A stretch of 64,000 nucleotides of DNA from Planctomycetota bacterium (lineage in GTDB: Bacteria > Planctomycetota > UBA8742 > UBA2392), in assembly GCA_025993795.1 (NCBI GenBank), contig JAMQHL010000012.1:115382-179381 (forward strand). Reading direction: 5' to 3'. The translations under genes were made by a program, and so were the position numbers. Below are positions 1 to 9,379 of the stretch, piece after piece. A model generated the notes under the pieces. The model was not told the DNA's origin, searched no databases, and saw only the letters and a program-made list of their open reading frames with translations. How positions within the stretch are numbered: the first letter of the stretch is position 1; each line of letters opens with the position of its first letter.

Positions 1-239
1 TGAACATGTACAAACTCAACGACGGCGGCGAGTACCCTGACTCGCTTGAGGCGTTGAGCACGCAGAAATACTTCCCCAACGGGGTGCCGAAGGACCCGTT
101 CTCAAAGGACGACTTCGTTTACGAAACCACCGAAACTGGCTTTCTGCTCAAGTGCCTTGGCAAAGACCAGGCCGAGGGCGGCGAGGCCAAGCCCAACAAG
201 GACATCATCTTCAACGAAGCGGGCGAAGTGAAGGAATAG
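1..239 (+). CDS. GspG-like major pseudopilin, C-terminal fragment (5' end lies outside the window)
   Basis: The ORF is open to the window edge. The sequence YPDSLEAL...GVPKDPFSKDDFVYE resembles the globular C-terminus of T2SS major pseudopilins. Three prepilin-type genes follow directly. Confidence 0.5.
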   Translation, partial: NMYKLNDGGEYPDSLEALSTQKYFPNGVPKDPFSKDDFVYETTETGFLLKCLGKDQAEGGEAKPNKDIIFNEAGEVKE

Positions 240-281
240 CCGGTGCCACGATCAAGCCAGATCATCAAGGCGAGCGGCCGC

Positions 282-875
282 ATGGCCGCTCGTTCCGCAA
301 GGCGGGCGTTCACGCTGGTCGAGATGACCCTGGTCGTGCTGCTGCTGGCGTTGATGGTGATGGCCGTGGTCGTTGCGGGCAATCTGGCCTTTCGCGACAC
401 AGAGCAACTTAAAGGCGAGGCGCGCTTCCTGGCCGGCTTCCTTGAGAACATTCGCGGCCTCGCGGCATTTCACGGCAAGACTTACACGGTGCAGTACGAT
501 ATCAACGACGGCGACCAGCGCTTCTTTGTATGGGAACCCCGCCGGGTTGAACCAGGCGAGATCTACGAAGAAGACGGCGAAGAAACCCGCGTCGCCAGCG
601 GGTTCCACCAGATGCCAAGCCGTTATGATTCCCGCGGCCAGATGTATTACGCTGTCTGGATTGACCGCATCGCCTATGGCGACGGCACCGAAAGCCGCGA
701 ACGCAATGTAAGGATTGACTTCCTGCCCAGCGGCGGCAGCCACTGGCACTACGTCTATCTTGCAAACGAAGCAGGCGAGTTCTACACGATTGAAGTAAAC
801 CCGTTCACCGGCTACTCCGAGGTATACCCCGGCGAGCTGAAACCCGAGCCGCCCCAGAAACCGGAGCGTTCATGA
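282..875 (+). CDS. Prepilin-type N-terminal cleavage/methylation domain protein (GspH-like minor pseudopilin)
   Basis: The N-terminus MAARSARRAFTLVEMTLVVLLLALMV has a basic leader, an FTLVE methylation motif and a hydrophobic helix. ATG 282 was preferred over the track start at 243. Confidence 0.7.
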   Translation: MAARSARRAFTLVEMTLVVLLLALMVMAVVVAGNLAFRDTEQLKGEARFLAGFLENIRGLAAFHGKTYTVQYDINDGDQRFFVWEPRRVEPGEIYEEDGEETRVASGFHQMPSRYDSRGQMYYAVWIDRIAYGDGTESRERNVRIDFLPSGGSHWHYVYLANEAGEFYTIEVNPFTGYSEVYPGELKPEPPQKPERS

Positions 876-1558
876 CGCGACCCGGACAATCCGGCTTTGC
901 GCTGATTGAGGTGCTGATCGCCGTGGTGATCATCGGTGTCGCGCTGCTTGCGCTGTTGCAGGTGCGCAACCAGTCGATTCACCAGTTCCTGACGATCGGT
1001 GACCAGCACACCGCGTCGTGGCTGGCCGAGTTGAAGATGAGCGAGCTGGTCAGCCAGGACCTGCCCGACCCCCAGGACGAAGAGACGTGGGAGAAATTCG
1101 ACAGCGGTGACTTTGGCTACTTGGACAAACGCGCCAACGAGCTGAATGCCGCCTACAACCCGGACTGGGTCTGGCGCGATGAGTTCGCGAAGTTTGAGTT
1201 CGAGTGGAAGAAGGAGGTCATTTTCATCGGGCGCGAGTTCATCGGCGACCAGTGGGACCTCGAAGGTTGGGAGCCGGCAGTCGATGAATCCGGCGAGACC
1301 GTGGACCAGGAAGACCCGCACGAGAACCCGGCTGTCCGCGTCGTCCGCGTGACGCTGACGGTTTACCTGCCCGAAGACAACAGCCGCCCCGCCGGGGCCA
1401 GCGAAGGCGAAGGAGTCCGCAAAGTGCAGATCGTGAATGGCCGCCCTGCGATCCAGCTTGTGACCTACGTGGACCCGAGCGTTCTGTTTGTAGCAGAAGA
1501 AGCAGAAACAGAAGCTGCGGCGGCGCCACCAGCACCGGCGCCAGGGACGGGTGGATGA
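872..1558 (+). CDS. Prepilin-type minor pseudopilin (GspI-like)
   Basis: The N-terminus contains the prepilin motif GFALIEVLIAVVIIGVALLALL. Its ATG overlaps the upstream stop (ATGA), which suggests an operon. Confidence 0.7.
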   Translation: MTRPGQSGFALIEVLIAVVIIGVALLALLQVRNQSIHQFLTIGDQHTASWLAELKMSELVSQDLPDPQDEETWEKFDSGDFGYLDKRANELNAAYNPDWVWRDEFAKFEFEWKKEVIFIGREFIGDQWDLEGWEPAVDESGETVDQEDPHENPAVRVVRVTLTVYLPEDNSRPAGASEGEGVRKVQIVNGRPAIQLVTYVDPSVLFVAEEAETEAAAAPPAPAPGTGG

Positions 1559-2403
1559 TGCGCGCACGCGGCTTTACGTTAATTGAGGTTGTGATCGCGA
1601 TCGGCATTGCTGCGCTGATCATGGTCAGCCTGACCCTGATCGTGCGCTCAACCGTCGATGCCAAGATTTCGATTGAGTCCGAGGCCCGCGCGCGGCGCCT
1701 TGGCCCGACATTGATGGCAACCATCTCGCGCGACCTGCGCAACACCTGGGTGACGGGCATCGACGAAAACGTCGCGCTTGAGGGCGCGTGGTTTGAGGGC
1801 AAACAGAACGGCGGCGACGAAGCCGCAAGTGACGAACTGTGGTTTGTCACCTCCATCGACAGCTACATGAAGTACGAGGGCATTTCGAGCGACCTGACCG
1901 AGGTCGGCTACTATCTCAAGCCCAATGATGTGCCGGACAACAGCCCGCTTGCCGGCCTCTTCAGCCTGTACCGGCGTGAGGACTTCCTGGTGGACAAGCG
2001 GCCCACCGAAGGCGGACTGGCAGTCAAGCTGCACGACCGCGTCATCAGCTTTCGAGTCTGGTTCTACGAGATCCCCCGCGACGCCGTCACCGACGACGGC
2101 GGCATTGACCCCGCAGCCTTGGAGAGGGTTGTCGAAAGGGGCGCCGCAACTGAGCTAAAAGAGTGGGACTCCAAAGCAAAAGAACGCATCCCCTACGCCG
2201 TGCGCGTTGAGTTGATTCTGGATGCCACACCCATCGACGCTTACAACCGCAACGAAAAGCGCCGCATCGCCGTTTACGAAACGCTGGTCCGCCTGCCCGA
2301 TTTCCCGAAGATAGACGACAAGTTCAAGCTGTTCAGCGTGCAGGCACCCGCTGCCCCGGCTGCCACGCCAACCCCGCCTCCGGCCCCCGCGCCGGGCGGT
2401 TAG
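1555..2403 (+). CDS. Prepilin-type minor pseudopilin (GspJ-like)
   Basis: The N-terminus contains the prepilin motif RGFTLIEVVIAIGIAALIMVSL. The start overlaps the upstream stop. The C-terminus is Pro/Ala-rich. Confidence 0.7.
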   Translation: MMRARGFTLIEVVIAIGIAALIMVSLTLIVRSTVDAKISIESEARARRLGPTLMATISRDLRNTWVTGIDENVALEGAWFEGKQNGGDEAASDELWFVTSIDSYMKYEGISSDLTEVGYYLKPNDVPDNSPLAGLFSLYRREDFLVDKRPTEGGLAVKLHDRVISFRVWFYEIPRDAVTDDGGIDPAALERVVERGAATELKEWDSKAKERIPYAVRVELILDATPIDAYNRNEKRRIAVYETLVRLPDFPKIDDKFKLFSVQAPAAPAATPTPPPAPAPGG

Positions 2404-2494
2404 CAGCCTCAACGATGCAAGTCGCTTCTGACGGCTCTTCCACAATCTGTTCCGAAGCGCCACCTTTGTCGCACTGCCCGCTACACTGCGCGGC

Positions 2495-5400
2495 ATGGCA
2501 TTCGTTCATCTACACGTCCATTCCGACTACAGCTTCCTCGATGGCGGTGCCACCGTCGCGGGCCTGGCCAAACGAGCTGCCGCCCTGGGCATGCCGGCCC
2601 TTGCCCTGACCGACCACGGCAACATGTGCGGGGCCCTCGACTTCTATGCCGCCTGTCGCAAGGAGGGCGTAAAGCCGATCATCGGCTGTGAAGTCTATGT
2701 CGTGTCCTACGACATGCACGAAAGGCGCAACCCCGAGCTTGAGGGCGCGCCGGGTGGCGACAGGGGGCTAAAGGAGAACGCTCACCTCGTGTTGCTGGCC
2801 GAGAATGAACAGGGCTACCGCAACCTCTGCAAAGTAGTCAGCAAGGGCTTCACGGAAGGGTTCTACCGCAAGCCGCGTGTTGACTACCGGACACTGACCG
2901 AGCATCGGCAGGGCCTGATTGCATTGACAGCCTGCCTCGGGGGCGAGATTCCGCAGGCCATCATGCGCGGCAAAGACGCCGAGCCCGCGCTGTGCAAGAT
3001 CGACCAGTACCTCGAGATCTTCGGGCGAGAGAATTTCTATCTTGAGGTGCAGGCACACCGCGACTCGCGCACCGGCCCGCTCGAGGAAACCGTGGCCAAC
3101 CGCATGTTCGAACTCGCGGCCAAGCGTGACCTCAAGCTGGCACTGACCAATGACAGCCACTACCTGAACCCGGACGACTACGAAGCCCACAACGCGCTGT
3201 TGTGCATCAACACCGGACGGCTGCTAAGCGACCCCAGCCGAATGGACTACGGGCCCGACTTCTACCTGAAGAGCCCGACCGAGATGGCGGCCCTGTTTCC
3301 GGGCCGTGAAGACCTGGTCAAGCATACGCTCGAAATTGGCGATCGCTGCAACCTGGAGTTGCGCAACGAAGGTTATCACCTGCCTGATTTTGCGTGCCCG
3401 GATGGCTTGACCGGCAAACAGTACCTGCGCCAGCAGTGCGAACACGGCGTGCGGCAGCGATACGGCGACAACGCGCTTGCGCAAGGCACGCCGATTCGCG
3501 AACGACTTGACTTTGAACTCGCGACCATCGACCGCATGGGCTTCAACAGCTACTTCCTGATCGTCAGCGACTTCATCGGGTGGGCCAATGACCGCGGCAT
3601 TCCCGTTGGCCCGGGGCGCGGCTCTGCGGCAGGCGCGATTGTAGCGTACGCGCTGGGCATCACGACGGTTGACCCGTTGCGCTACAACCTGCTGTTCGAG
3701 CGTTTTCTCAACCCTGACCGCGTGTCGATGCCTGATATAGACATCGACTTCTGTGTCGAGCGTCGCGGCGAAGTCATTGAGTATGTGCGCAAGAAGTACG
3801 GCGAAGAGTGCGTCTGCCAGATCGGGACCTTCGGCAAGCTGCTCGCCCGCGCGGCACTCAAGGACGCCGGGCGCGTCATGGCGGTGCCGCTGAAGAAGGT
3901 CAATGATCTGACCAAGCTGGTGCCCGTGATCCAAGGCAAGGTCAAGAAACTCGCCGACTGCCTGAAAGAGGAAACCGAGTTTCGCACCCAGTACGACGGC
4001 GACCCGGAGATCAAGAACCTCGTCAACCAGGCCATGCGCCTCGAGGGCCTGAACCGTGGCACCGGCGTTCACGCGGCGGGTGTCGTGATTGCCGACCGCG
4101 ACGTGACCGAGTACCTGCCCGTGATGAGGCAGGAACAGAACGAATGGGCCGATGAAGACGTCGCTGACCCCGACGGCGGTGAAGTCCGAAAAAGCACGCT
4201 GCCCAAAGACCGCGAGCGCAAGTACGTCATCGCCACGCAATACAACATGAACGAGGTCGAGGGCGCCGGCCTGCTGAAAATGGACTTCCTGGGCCTGCGC
4301 AACTTGACCATCATGCAGCGCGCCGTCGAGCTGATTGAGCAGACGGGCGGCCCGCACATCAACCTTGACCCTGTCACCGCACCCAAAGATGCGCCCTACG
4401 CCAGCCTGCACACCCTCGACGACGAAGCAACATACAAGACGCTTGCGGCCGGCGACGGCTTCGGCGTGTTCCAGGTCGAGTCCGAAGGTATGTGCCGCCT
4501 GCTGCAAAGCATCAAGCCCAGCACGTTCGAAGACATTTCGGCGGTGCTGGCGATCTACCGCCCTGGCCCGCTTTCGGCCGGCGTGGACAAGGACTTTGCC
4601 GCGCGCAAGCACGGCAAGGTCAAGGTCAGCATGCCCGGCGAGCGCGAGAAGTTCGCGAACGCCGAGGCAGTTGCCGCGCTGCACAAGATTCTCAGCGACA
4701 CATACGGCACCCTGATCTACCAGGAACAGGCGATGCTGATCTCGCGCCAGCTTGCGGGTTTCACGCCCGGCGAAGCCGACAAGCTGCGCAAGGCCATCGG
4801 CAAGAAGAACCAAGCCGACATGGAAAAGCTGCGGCCCAAGTTCGTTGAGGGCGTCGAGAAGTCGGGCTTTGGCGCGCAACTCGGCGAGCTGCTGTGGCAG
4901 CAGATTGAAGGCTTCGGCAGCTATGGCTTCAACAAAGCCCACACTGTGGCCTATGGACTGATCACGTACCAGACGGCATGGCTGAAGACGCACTATCGCG
5001 CCCAGTATTACGCCGCGCTGCTCAGCAGCATGATCGGAAGCAACGACAAGATCGTTGAGTACATGCGCCAGGTGCGGGCCGCCGGCATGAGGGTTGTGCC
5101 GCCGGACATCAACTTGAGCGCATCCGAGTTTACACCGCGCAGCGACACCATCGTGTTCGGCCTGAGCGGAATGAAGGGGGTCGGCACCAAGGCGGTAGAG
5201 AAGATCATTGAAGCGCGCAGCAAGGTCGGCGCGTTCAAGGGCTTCATGCACTTCCTCGACAACATCGACCTCTCCAGCGTTGGCAAGCCGGTTCTCGAGT
5301 CCCTGATCAAAGGTGGCGCCTTTGACAGCCTCGGGCTCAATCGCCACTCGCTGCTGGAAGGCCTTGAACACGCCATGCGAGTAGCCGCCGATGGCGCGCT

Positions 5401-6520
5401 GGACCGTGCCCGCGGCCAGAAGGGCCTGTTTGCCGCGGCATCCGGCCCGGTGGACGAAACCGCCCGCGACGCCAGCGTGTTGCCGCAGATGCCGCCGTTC
5501 AGCGAAGCCGAACGCCAGCGCCACGAGAAAGAAACCTTCGGCTTGTACATTTCAAGCAGCCCGCTCGATTCACACCGCGAACTGTTTGAAAAGTTTGCGC
5601 GCCACCGCGCAAGCTCGCTGAAAGAAGGCGAAGTTGAGGGCGCGGTTGTGCTTGGCGGCTTGATCAGTGGACTGAACGTTACCACCGTGCGCAACGAGAC
5701 CAGCCGGTACGCCGGCCGAAAGATGGCCAAGTTCGAACTGGTGGACGACACGGGCATGGTGAAGGTTACGGTCTTCCCTGATGTCTACGATGCGCACCTA
5801 GATGTGATCCAGCCGGATGCGCCGGTGTTCATTCGCGGCATGCTGGAGTTCGCCGGCGAAGGCGAACCGCCGGGAATCCTGGTAAGCAAGATTGTTCACA
5901 TACGCGACGCTGAGACCGAGTTCGAACACGACCAGGGCCTGAAGTTCGACAGCGAGTTTCAGCTGTTCACGACCGTAACGCCTGACGAACTGCCTACCCT
6001 TGACCAGAACTCCAAGGTACGCGTGGGCGGCGCGGTGGCCGGCCTGCGCGCCGGCAAAAGCAAGCGCGGCAACGACTACGCAACGTTCAGCGTGGCCGGC
6101 CCGCGCGGCAGCTTTCGAGTCGTGGCGTTCGGAAGCGTCGGCGAAACATGGGCCAGAAAGCTGCAGGAAGGCATAGGCGTATTTGTAGTCGGCGCCGTCG
6201 AGCCTGACCGCGACGGCCGCTATTCGATCAAGGCAGAAGAGATCGTCCCGGCGGCGGCGGCGCGCGGCAAGTTCACGAGCGGCATCTGTCTGACTCTGAC
6301 TACCGGCGAGATCAATTCAGACCTGCTGGGGACTCTCAGCCAGCTTGCGATGCAGAACCACGGCAGCACGCCGCTCTATTTCAAGATCATCGGAGAAAAC
6401 GGCAAACCGATTGAGTTTGTTGAAGCCGGCCCTGACTTTCGTGTCGCACCCAGCAAGGCATTCGAAGAAAAAGTCGCCACGCTGCTGAGCTTCGACCGCA
6501 TACAGTATTCGGCAACCTGA
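2495..6520 (+). CDS. dnaE: DNA polymerase III alpha subunit, 1341 aa with an extended C-terminus
   Basis: The PHP domain starts with FVHLHVHSDYSFLDG. Core polymerase motifs are present (MPDIDIDF, GLLKMDFLGLRNLT, FGSYGFNKAHTVAYG). An OB-fold region lies near the C-terminus. Confidence 0.95.
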   Translation: MAFVHLHVHSDYSFLDGGATVAGLAKRAAALGMPALALTDHGNMCGALDFYAACRKEGVKPIIGCEVYVVSYDMHERRNPELEGAPGGDRGLKENAHLVLLAENEQGYRNLCKVVSKGFTEGFYRKPRVDYRTLTEHRQGLIALTACLGGEIPQAIMRGKDAEPALCKIDQYLEIFGRENFYLEVQAHRDSRTGPLEETVANRMFELAAKRDLKLALTNDSHYLNPDDYEAHNALLCINTGRLLSDPSRMDYGPDFYLKSPTEMAALFPGREDLVKHTLEIGDRCNLELRNEGYHLPDFACPDGLTGKQYLRQQCEHGVRQRYGDNALAQGTPIRERLDFELATIDRMGFNSYFLIVSDFIGWANDRGIPVGPGRGSAAGAIVAYALGITTVDPLRYNLLFERFLNPDRVSMPDIDIDFCVERRGEVIEYVRKKYGEECVCQIGTFGKLLARAALKDAGRVMAVPLKKVNDLTKLVPVIQGKVKKLADCLKEETEFRTQYDGDPEIKNLVNQAMRLEGLNRGTGVHAAGVVIADRDVTEYLPVMRQEQNEWADEDVADPDGGEVRKSTLPKDRERKYVIATQYNMNEVEGAGLLKMDFLGLRNLTIMQRAVELIEQTGGPHINLDPVTAPKDAPYASLHTLDDEATYKTLAAGDGFGVFQVESEGMCRLLQSIKPSTFEDISAVLAIYRPGPLSAGVDKDFAARKHGKVKVSMPGEREKFANAEAVAALHKILSDTYGTLIYQEQAMLISRQLAGFTPGEADKLRKAIGKKNQADMEKLRPKFVEGVEKSGFGAQLGELLWQQIEGFGSYGFNKAHTVAYGLITYQTAWLKTHYRAQYYAALLSSMIGSNDKIVEYMRQVRAAGMRVVPPDINLSASEFTPRSDTIVFGLSGMKGVGTKAVEKIIEARSKVGAFKGFMHFLDNIDLSSVGKPVLESLIKGGAFDSLGLNRHSLLEGLEHAMRVAADGALDRARGQKGLFAAASGPVDETARDASVLPQMPPFSEAERQRHEKETFGLYISSSPLDSHRELFEKFARHRASSLKEGEVEGAVVLGGLISGLNVTTVRNETSRYAGRKMAKFELVDDTGMVKVTVFPDVYDAHLDVIQPDAPVFIRGMLEFAGEGEPPGILVSKIVHIRDAETEFEHDQGLKFDSEFQLFTTVTPDELPTLDQNSKVRVGGAVAGLRAGKSKRGNDYATFSVAGPRGSFRVVAFGSVGETWARKLQEGIGVFVVGAVEPDRDGRYSIKAEEIVPAAAARGKFTSGICLTLTTGEINSDLLGTLSQLAMQNHGSTPLYFKIIGENGKPIEFVEAGPDFRVAPSKAFEEKVATLLSFDRIQYSAT

Positions 6521-6743
6521 AACCCTGGCACGTGCGCGGCTGACAGGTGCTGGAAACGCCTGCAAGGCGATGCCACGTTGGCATGACGAGCCCTTCGGGT
6601 AACTGAGCTGCATTCAGGCAGGATGCCCACGCCATGCACGGTATGCCTTTACCCCTGTGCCCCTGTTCGGAATAATGCGCCTTTCATTTCCGTTTGAGCA
6701 GAAGTAGACCATTGAGCCCTGTGCGGGGCATGAGGAGACAACC

Positions 6744-7067
6744 ATGTCAGGACCGGACACACTTGAGGCCAATGCCTCCAACTTTGAAAAACTGACCTCA
6801 GGTGTATCGCTGGTGGACTTTACGGCCACCTGGTGCGGCCCCTGCAAGGTCCTTGGCCCCATCGTTGACAAGCTTGCCACCGAGTTCAAAGGCAAGATCA
6901 GCGTTGCCAAGCTCGACATCGACAAGAGCCCTGAAATCGCCCAGAACTTCGGGGTGATGGGTGTGCCGACGCTCATCTTTTTCAAGAATGGCGAAGTCGT
7001 GGACCAGCACGTCGGATTGCTGAACGAAGACGCCCTGCGCAAGAAGCTGGCCAAGCTCGCCGGCTGA
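6744..7067 (+). CDS. trxA: Thioredoxin
   Basis: The protein is 107 aa with the WCGPCK active site and a typical thioredoxin layout (VDFTATWCGPCK...GVPTLIFFKNGE). Confidence 0.9.
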   Translation: MSGPDTLEANASNFEKLTSGVSLVDFTATWCGPCKVLGPIVDKLATEFKGKISVAKLDIDKSPEIAQNFGVMGVPTLIFFKNGEVVDQHVGLLNEDALRKKLAKLAG

Positions 7068-7087
7068 TTGCAGCAGCCTCAAGAAAA

Positions 7088-7113
7088 CCGGCGAGGGCAT
7101 CTGCCCTCGCCGG
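7088..7113. terminator. Hairpin between convergent genes, probably a bidirectional terminator
   Basis: CCGGCGAGGGCA-TC-TGCCCTCGCCGG forms a perfect 12-bp stem. On the minus strand it is followed by TTTTCTTG. It lies between the trxA stop and the stop of the minus-strand gene at 7130. Confidence 0.55.
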
Positions 7114-7129
7114 ACTTGTTCATGACCAA

Positions 7130-8818
7130 CTACTTGGACTTCGGTTGTGCCCGTGGCGCCGGCTTGCCTTTGGGCGCCTTGGCCTTGGGATCAGGCTTGG
7201 GATCGCCGCCGCCAAACTCAAGGTGAAAACCGAGCTGTACGCTGGCGCCTGCGCGCTGGGGCAGCGGCTCATTTTCGGCGCTGGTACCGAAGTTGCGCTG
7301 CTCAAATGCCATGTGTGCGCCGAAGTCCAGCGTGAGCACCCACAACCGGAAACCCAGGCCTGCCGAGAAGGTAATTGCCTCGTTCGCGTCTGCCAGGTTC
7401 TTGAACGCGCCCACACGAATCCCGATGCCCCCAAGCCCGAATTCAGGCTCAAATGCAATCGCCGCCCGCACGAACTGCTGGTGATAGTTAGGCATGATGT
7501 CGCTGCCGGTCTTGTTCAGGTCGGCTTCAACCGCGAACGACAGGGCCAGCCCGGCCTCATAGAATGCAATGTATGAGACGCCCAGGCGAAACTGCGGGTC
7601 AAAACGCACCAGCGACGGCTCGCCGGTCGTGCTGGGCTTCCAGCGGAACTCGGGGCCGTTGACGTTGCGTGCAGCAAGGCTGATCGCCAGCGTATCGAAA
7701 GGCGTGACGATCAAGCCCAGGTCCACACCTACGTTGAAGCGCGCCGCGTCGGCATCAAGGCGATACGCATCGGCCACCTTGTTGCCCAGCCGCGCCAGCG
7801 TGTCTTCTACGCCGTTCTTGTCCATATCCTCGACGCGCAGCAGTTCACTGAACGCATACGCCTGTACCAGCCGGACGGTGGCGCCGAACGTGAGCAGGTC
7901 AGAAATGCCCATGATCGGCAGACCGAACGCATAGCTGAGGCCAAGCTCGTACCACGCAAGGCCGCGAATCACGAACCCTGAGTTGTTGCCCTCAAGCGGG
8001 TTGGCGCCGCTTTCAAGGCTTTGGCCGGTGCCGTTGTATGTGTTGATCAAGAAGTCGAGCAGAATGTCGCCGGCCTTGCCGCCAAAGTTTACGTCGGAGT
8101 CTTCGGCCCATGCAGCCAGCGCATCCGCAGTCGCGGCACTGTAGCCTGCGGCCTGCAAGTCCAGGCTGAACTGCTGGCCGGCGGAACTGCTGGGTGCTGG
8201 GGTACCGCCACCGGAGTTGATAATCGCCTCACTGATCAGCGTTTCCCAGGCCCCGGCGGCTTCATCGGTGAGCCGATAACCGCGCAGACTGTCGAGATCT
8301 ACGTAAGGCGACGCAGCGGCGATGTTGAACCCGCCGATATAAGCGCTCATGCCGTCGCGGGGCAGAAACAGGTTGGTCCAGCGAGCGCCGATTCCGACAC
8401 CTGCGCCGACGTAGAGGCCGTCACCGTTCAGGCTGCTCAGCTTGTCGAGGCGGTTGATCACGCGCATGGCAAAGCGCATGTCGTCGGCATCGACGCCGCC
8501 GCCGGATTCAAAGGCACCATCGTCGAAGCGGTCTGCCAGGTCGTTGGCGAGTTCAACGGTGTCGAACATCCAGCGGTAGCTGGTGCCCTGCAACGACGCC
8601 GTGATATGGCTTGGGATGTCGAACTCGATCTGGGTAATGTCCTTTTCCCAGGGCCGGCGAGCGGCGTTTGCGGCGTTGTAGTACGAGCCCGTGGCGCCGC
8701 GTGCCAAAGACACGCCAGCGCCGCCGCGGCCAACGGTGGGCGTATGAAAGTCGATCCACTCTTCGGCGCTGAGCGGCGCGCACATCAGCAGCAGGCAAAG
8801 GACCATGCGTGGACTCAT
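7130..8818 (-). CDS. Secreted protein, probably an outer-membrane beta-barrel, with a Lys/Pro-rich C-terminal tail
   Basis: The signal peptide is MSPRMVLCLLLMCAPLSAEEW. Gly/aromatic-rich stretches alternate as in beta-barrels. The tail is GDPKPDPKAKAPKGKPAPRAQPKSK. The start was moved to the M at 8818. The family assignment is uncertain. Confidence 0.5.
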   Translation of the reverse strand: MSPRMVLCLLLMCAPLSAEEWIDFHTPTVGRGGAGVSLARGATGSYYNAANAARRPWEKDITQIEFDIPSHITASLQGTSYRWMFDTVELANDLADRFDDGAFESGGGVDADDMRFAMRVINRLDKLSSLNGDGLYVGAGVGIGARWTNLFLPRDGMSAYIGGFNIAAASPYVDLDSLRGYRLTDEAAGAWETLISEAIINSGGGTPAPSSSAGQQFSLDLQAAGYSAATADALAAWAEDSDVNFGGKAGDILLDFLINTYNGTGQSLESGANPLEGNNSGFVIRGLAWYELGLSYAFGLPIMGISDLLTFGATVRLVQAYAFSELLRVEDMDKNGVEDTLARLGNKVADAYRLDADAARFNVGVDLGLIVTPFDTLAISLAARNVNGPEFRWKPSTTGEPSLVRFDPQFRLGVSYIAFYEAGLALSFAVEADLNKTGSDIMPNYHQQFVRAAIAFEPEFGLGGIGIRVGAFKNLADANEAITFSAGLGFRLWVLTLDFGAHMAFEQRNFGTSAENEPLPQRAGASVQLGFHLEFGGGDPKPDPKAKAPKGKPAPRAQPKSK

Positions 8819-8831
8819 TCGGTGCCTCCGG

Positions 8832-9242
8832 TTATTGGGTGTCGCCGTAAAGCGGCGCCAGCACCCGTTCGTCATCAACGAACAGGTCAACGTTCGCGCC
8901 TACCAGTATCGCAATCGCGTCGCTGGGGCGGGCGTCCACGCGCACCTCGCCGTCGGCGGTCTGGATTACCAGGTTGGCGTAATAGGTATGGTCTTTCAGG
9001 TCGGTAATTTCTACGGCCTTGACCGTGCCACCCATGCCGGCAATCACGTTATCCAGCAGGTCGTGTGTCAGCGGCCTTGGGTGAAAGCGCTTCATGGCAC
9101 GGCGGTAGATGGCCACGGCTTCAGGCTCGCCGATCTCGATGGTGAAGTGCCGCACGCCGCCCTGCTCTTTCAGGATGATCTTCTGCGACGGCTGGGTGTC
9201 AGCCAACACAACCCGCGCAAGCGAAAACCGCACCATCGTCAT
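8832..9242 (-). CDS. Bifunctional nuclease (BFN/DUF151) family protein
   Basis: MTMVRFSLARVVLADTQPSQKIILKEQGGVRHFTIEIGEPEAVAI...RPLTHDLL...ARPSDAIAIL matches the DUF151 pattern. The ATG at 9242 was verified in the sequence. Confidence 0.75.
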   Translation of the reverse strand: MTMVRFSLARVVLADTQPSQKIILKEQGGVRHFTIEIGEPEAVAIYRRAMKRFHPRPLTHDLLDNVIAGMGGTVKAVEITDLKDHTYYANLVIQTADGEVRVDARPSDAIAILVGANVDLFVDDERVLAPLYGDTQ

Positions 9243-9379
9243 TCGAAAGTTCCCGGCTAAGCAAGGCAGACAGTGTACCCGCGACCGGCGCCAATGAACA
9301 ATGACCGGCACGAGGTTCGTGACGGCGCCGGCATTTGTGTCTTGGCACCAGCCGTGGTTCACTGGGGGCACCTGCTCAG

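Noticed and set aside
3224-5524. A 766-aa ORF lies antisense to dnaE. Similar long antisense ORFs are 24182..26638 opposite ftsK, 28926..31850 opposite the giant surface protein, 34880..36625 opposite the M1 peptidase, 50128..52296 opposite carB, and 60470..62062 opposite sdhA.
   Set aside because: High-GC genomes routinely keep antisense frames open. These translations are Arg/Ala/Gly/His-rich low-complexity sequence with no motifs. The sense-strand partners carry unambiguous family signatures.
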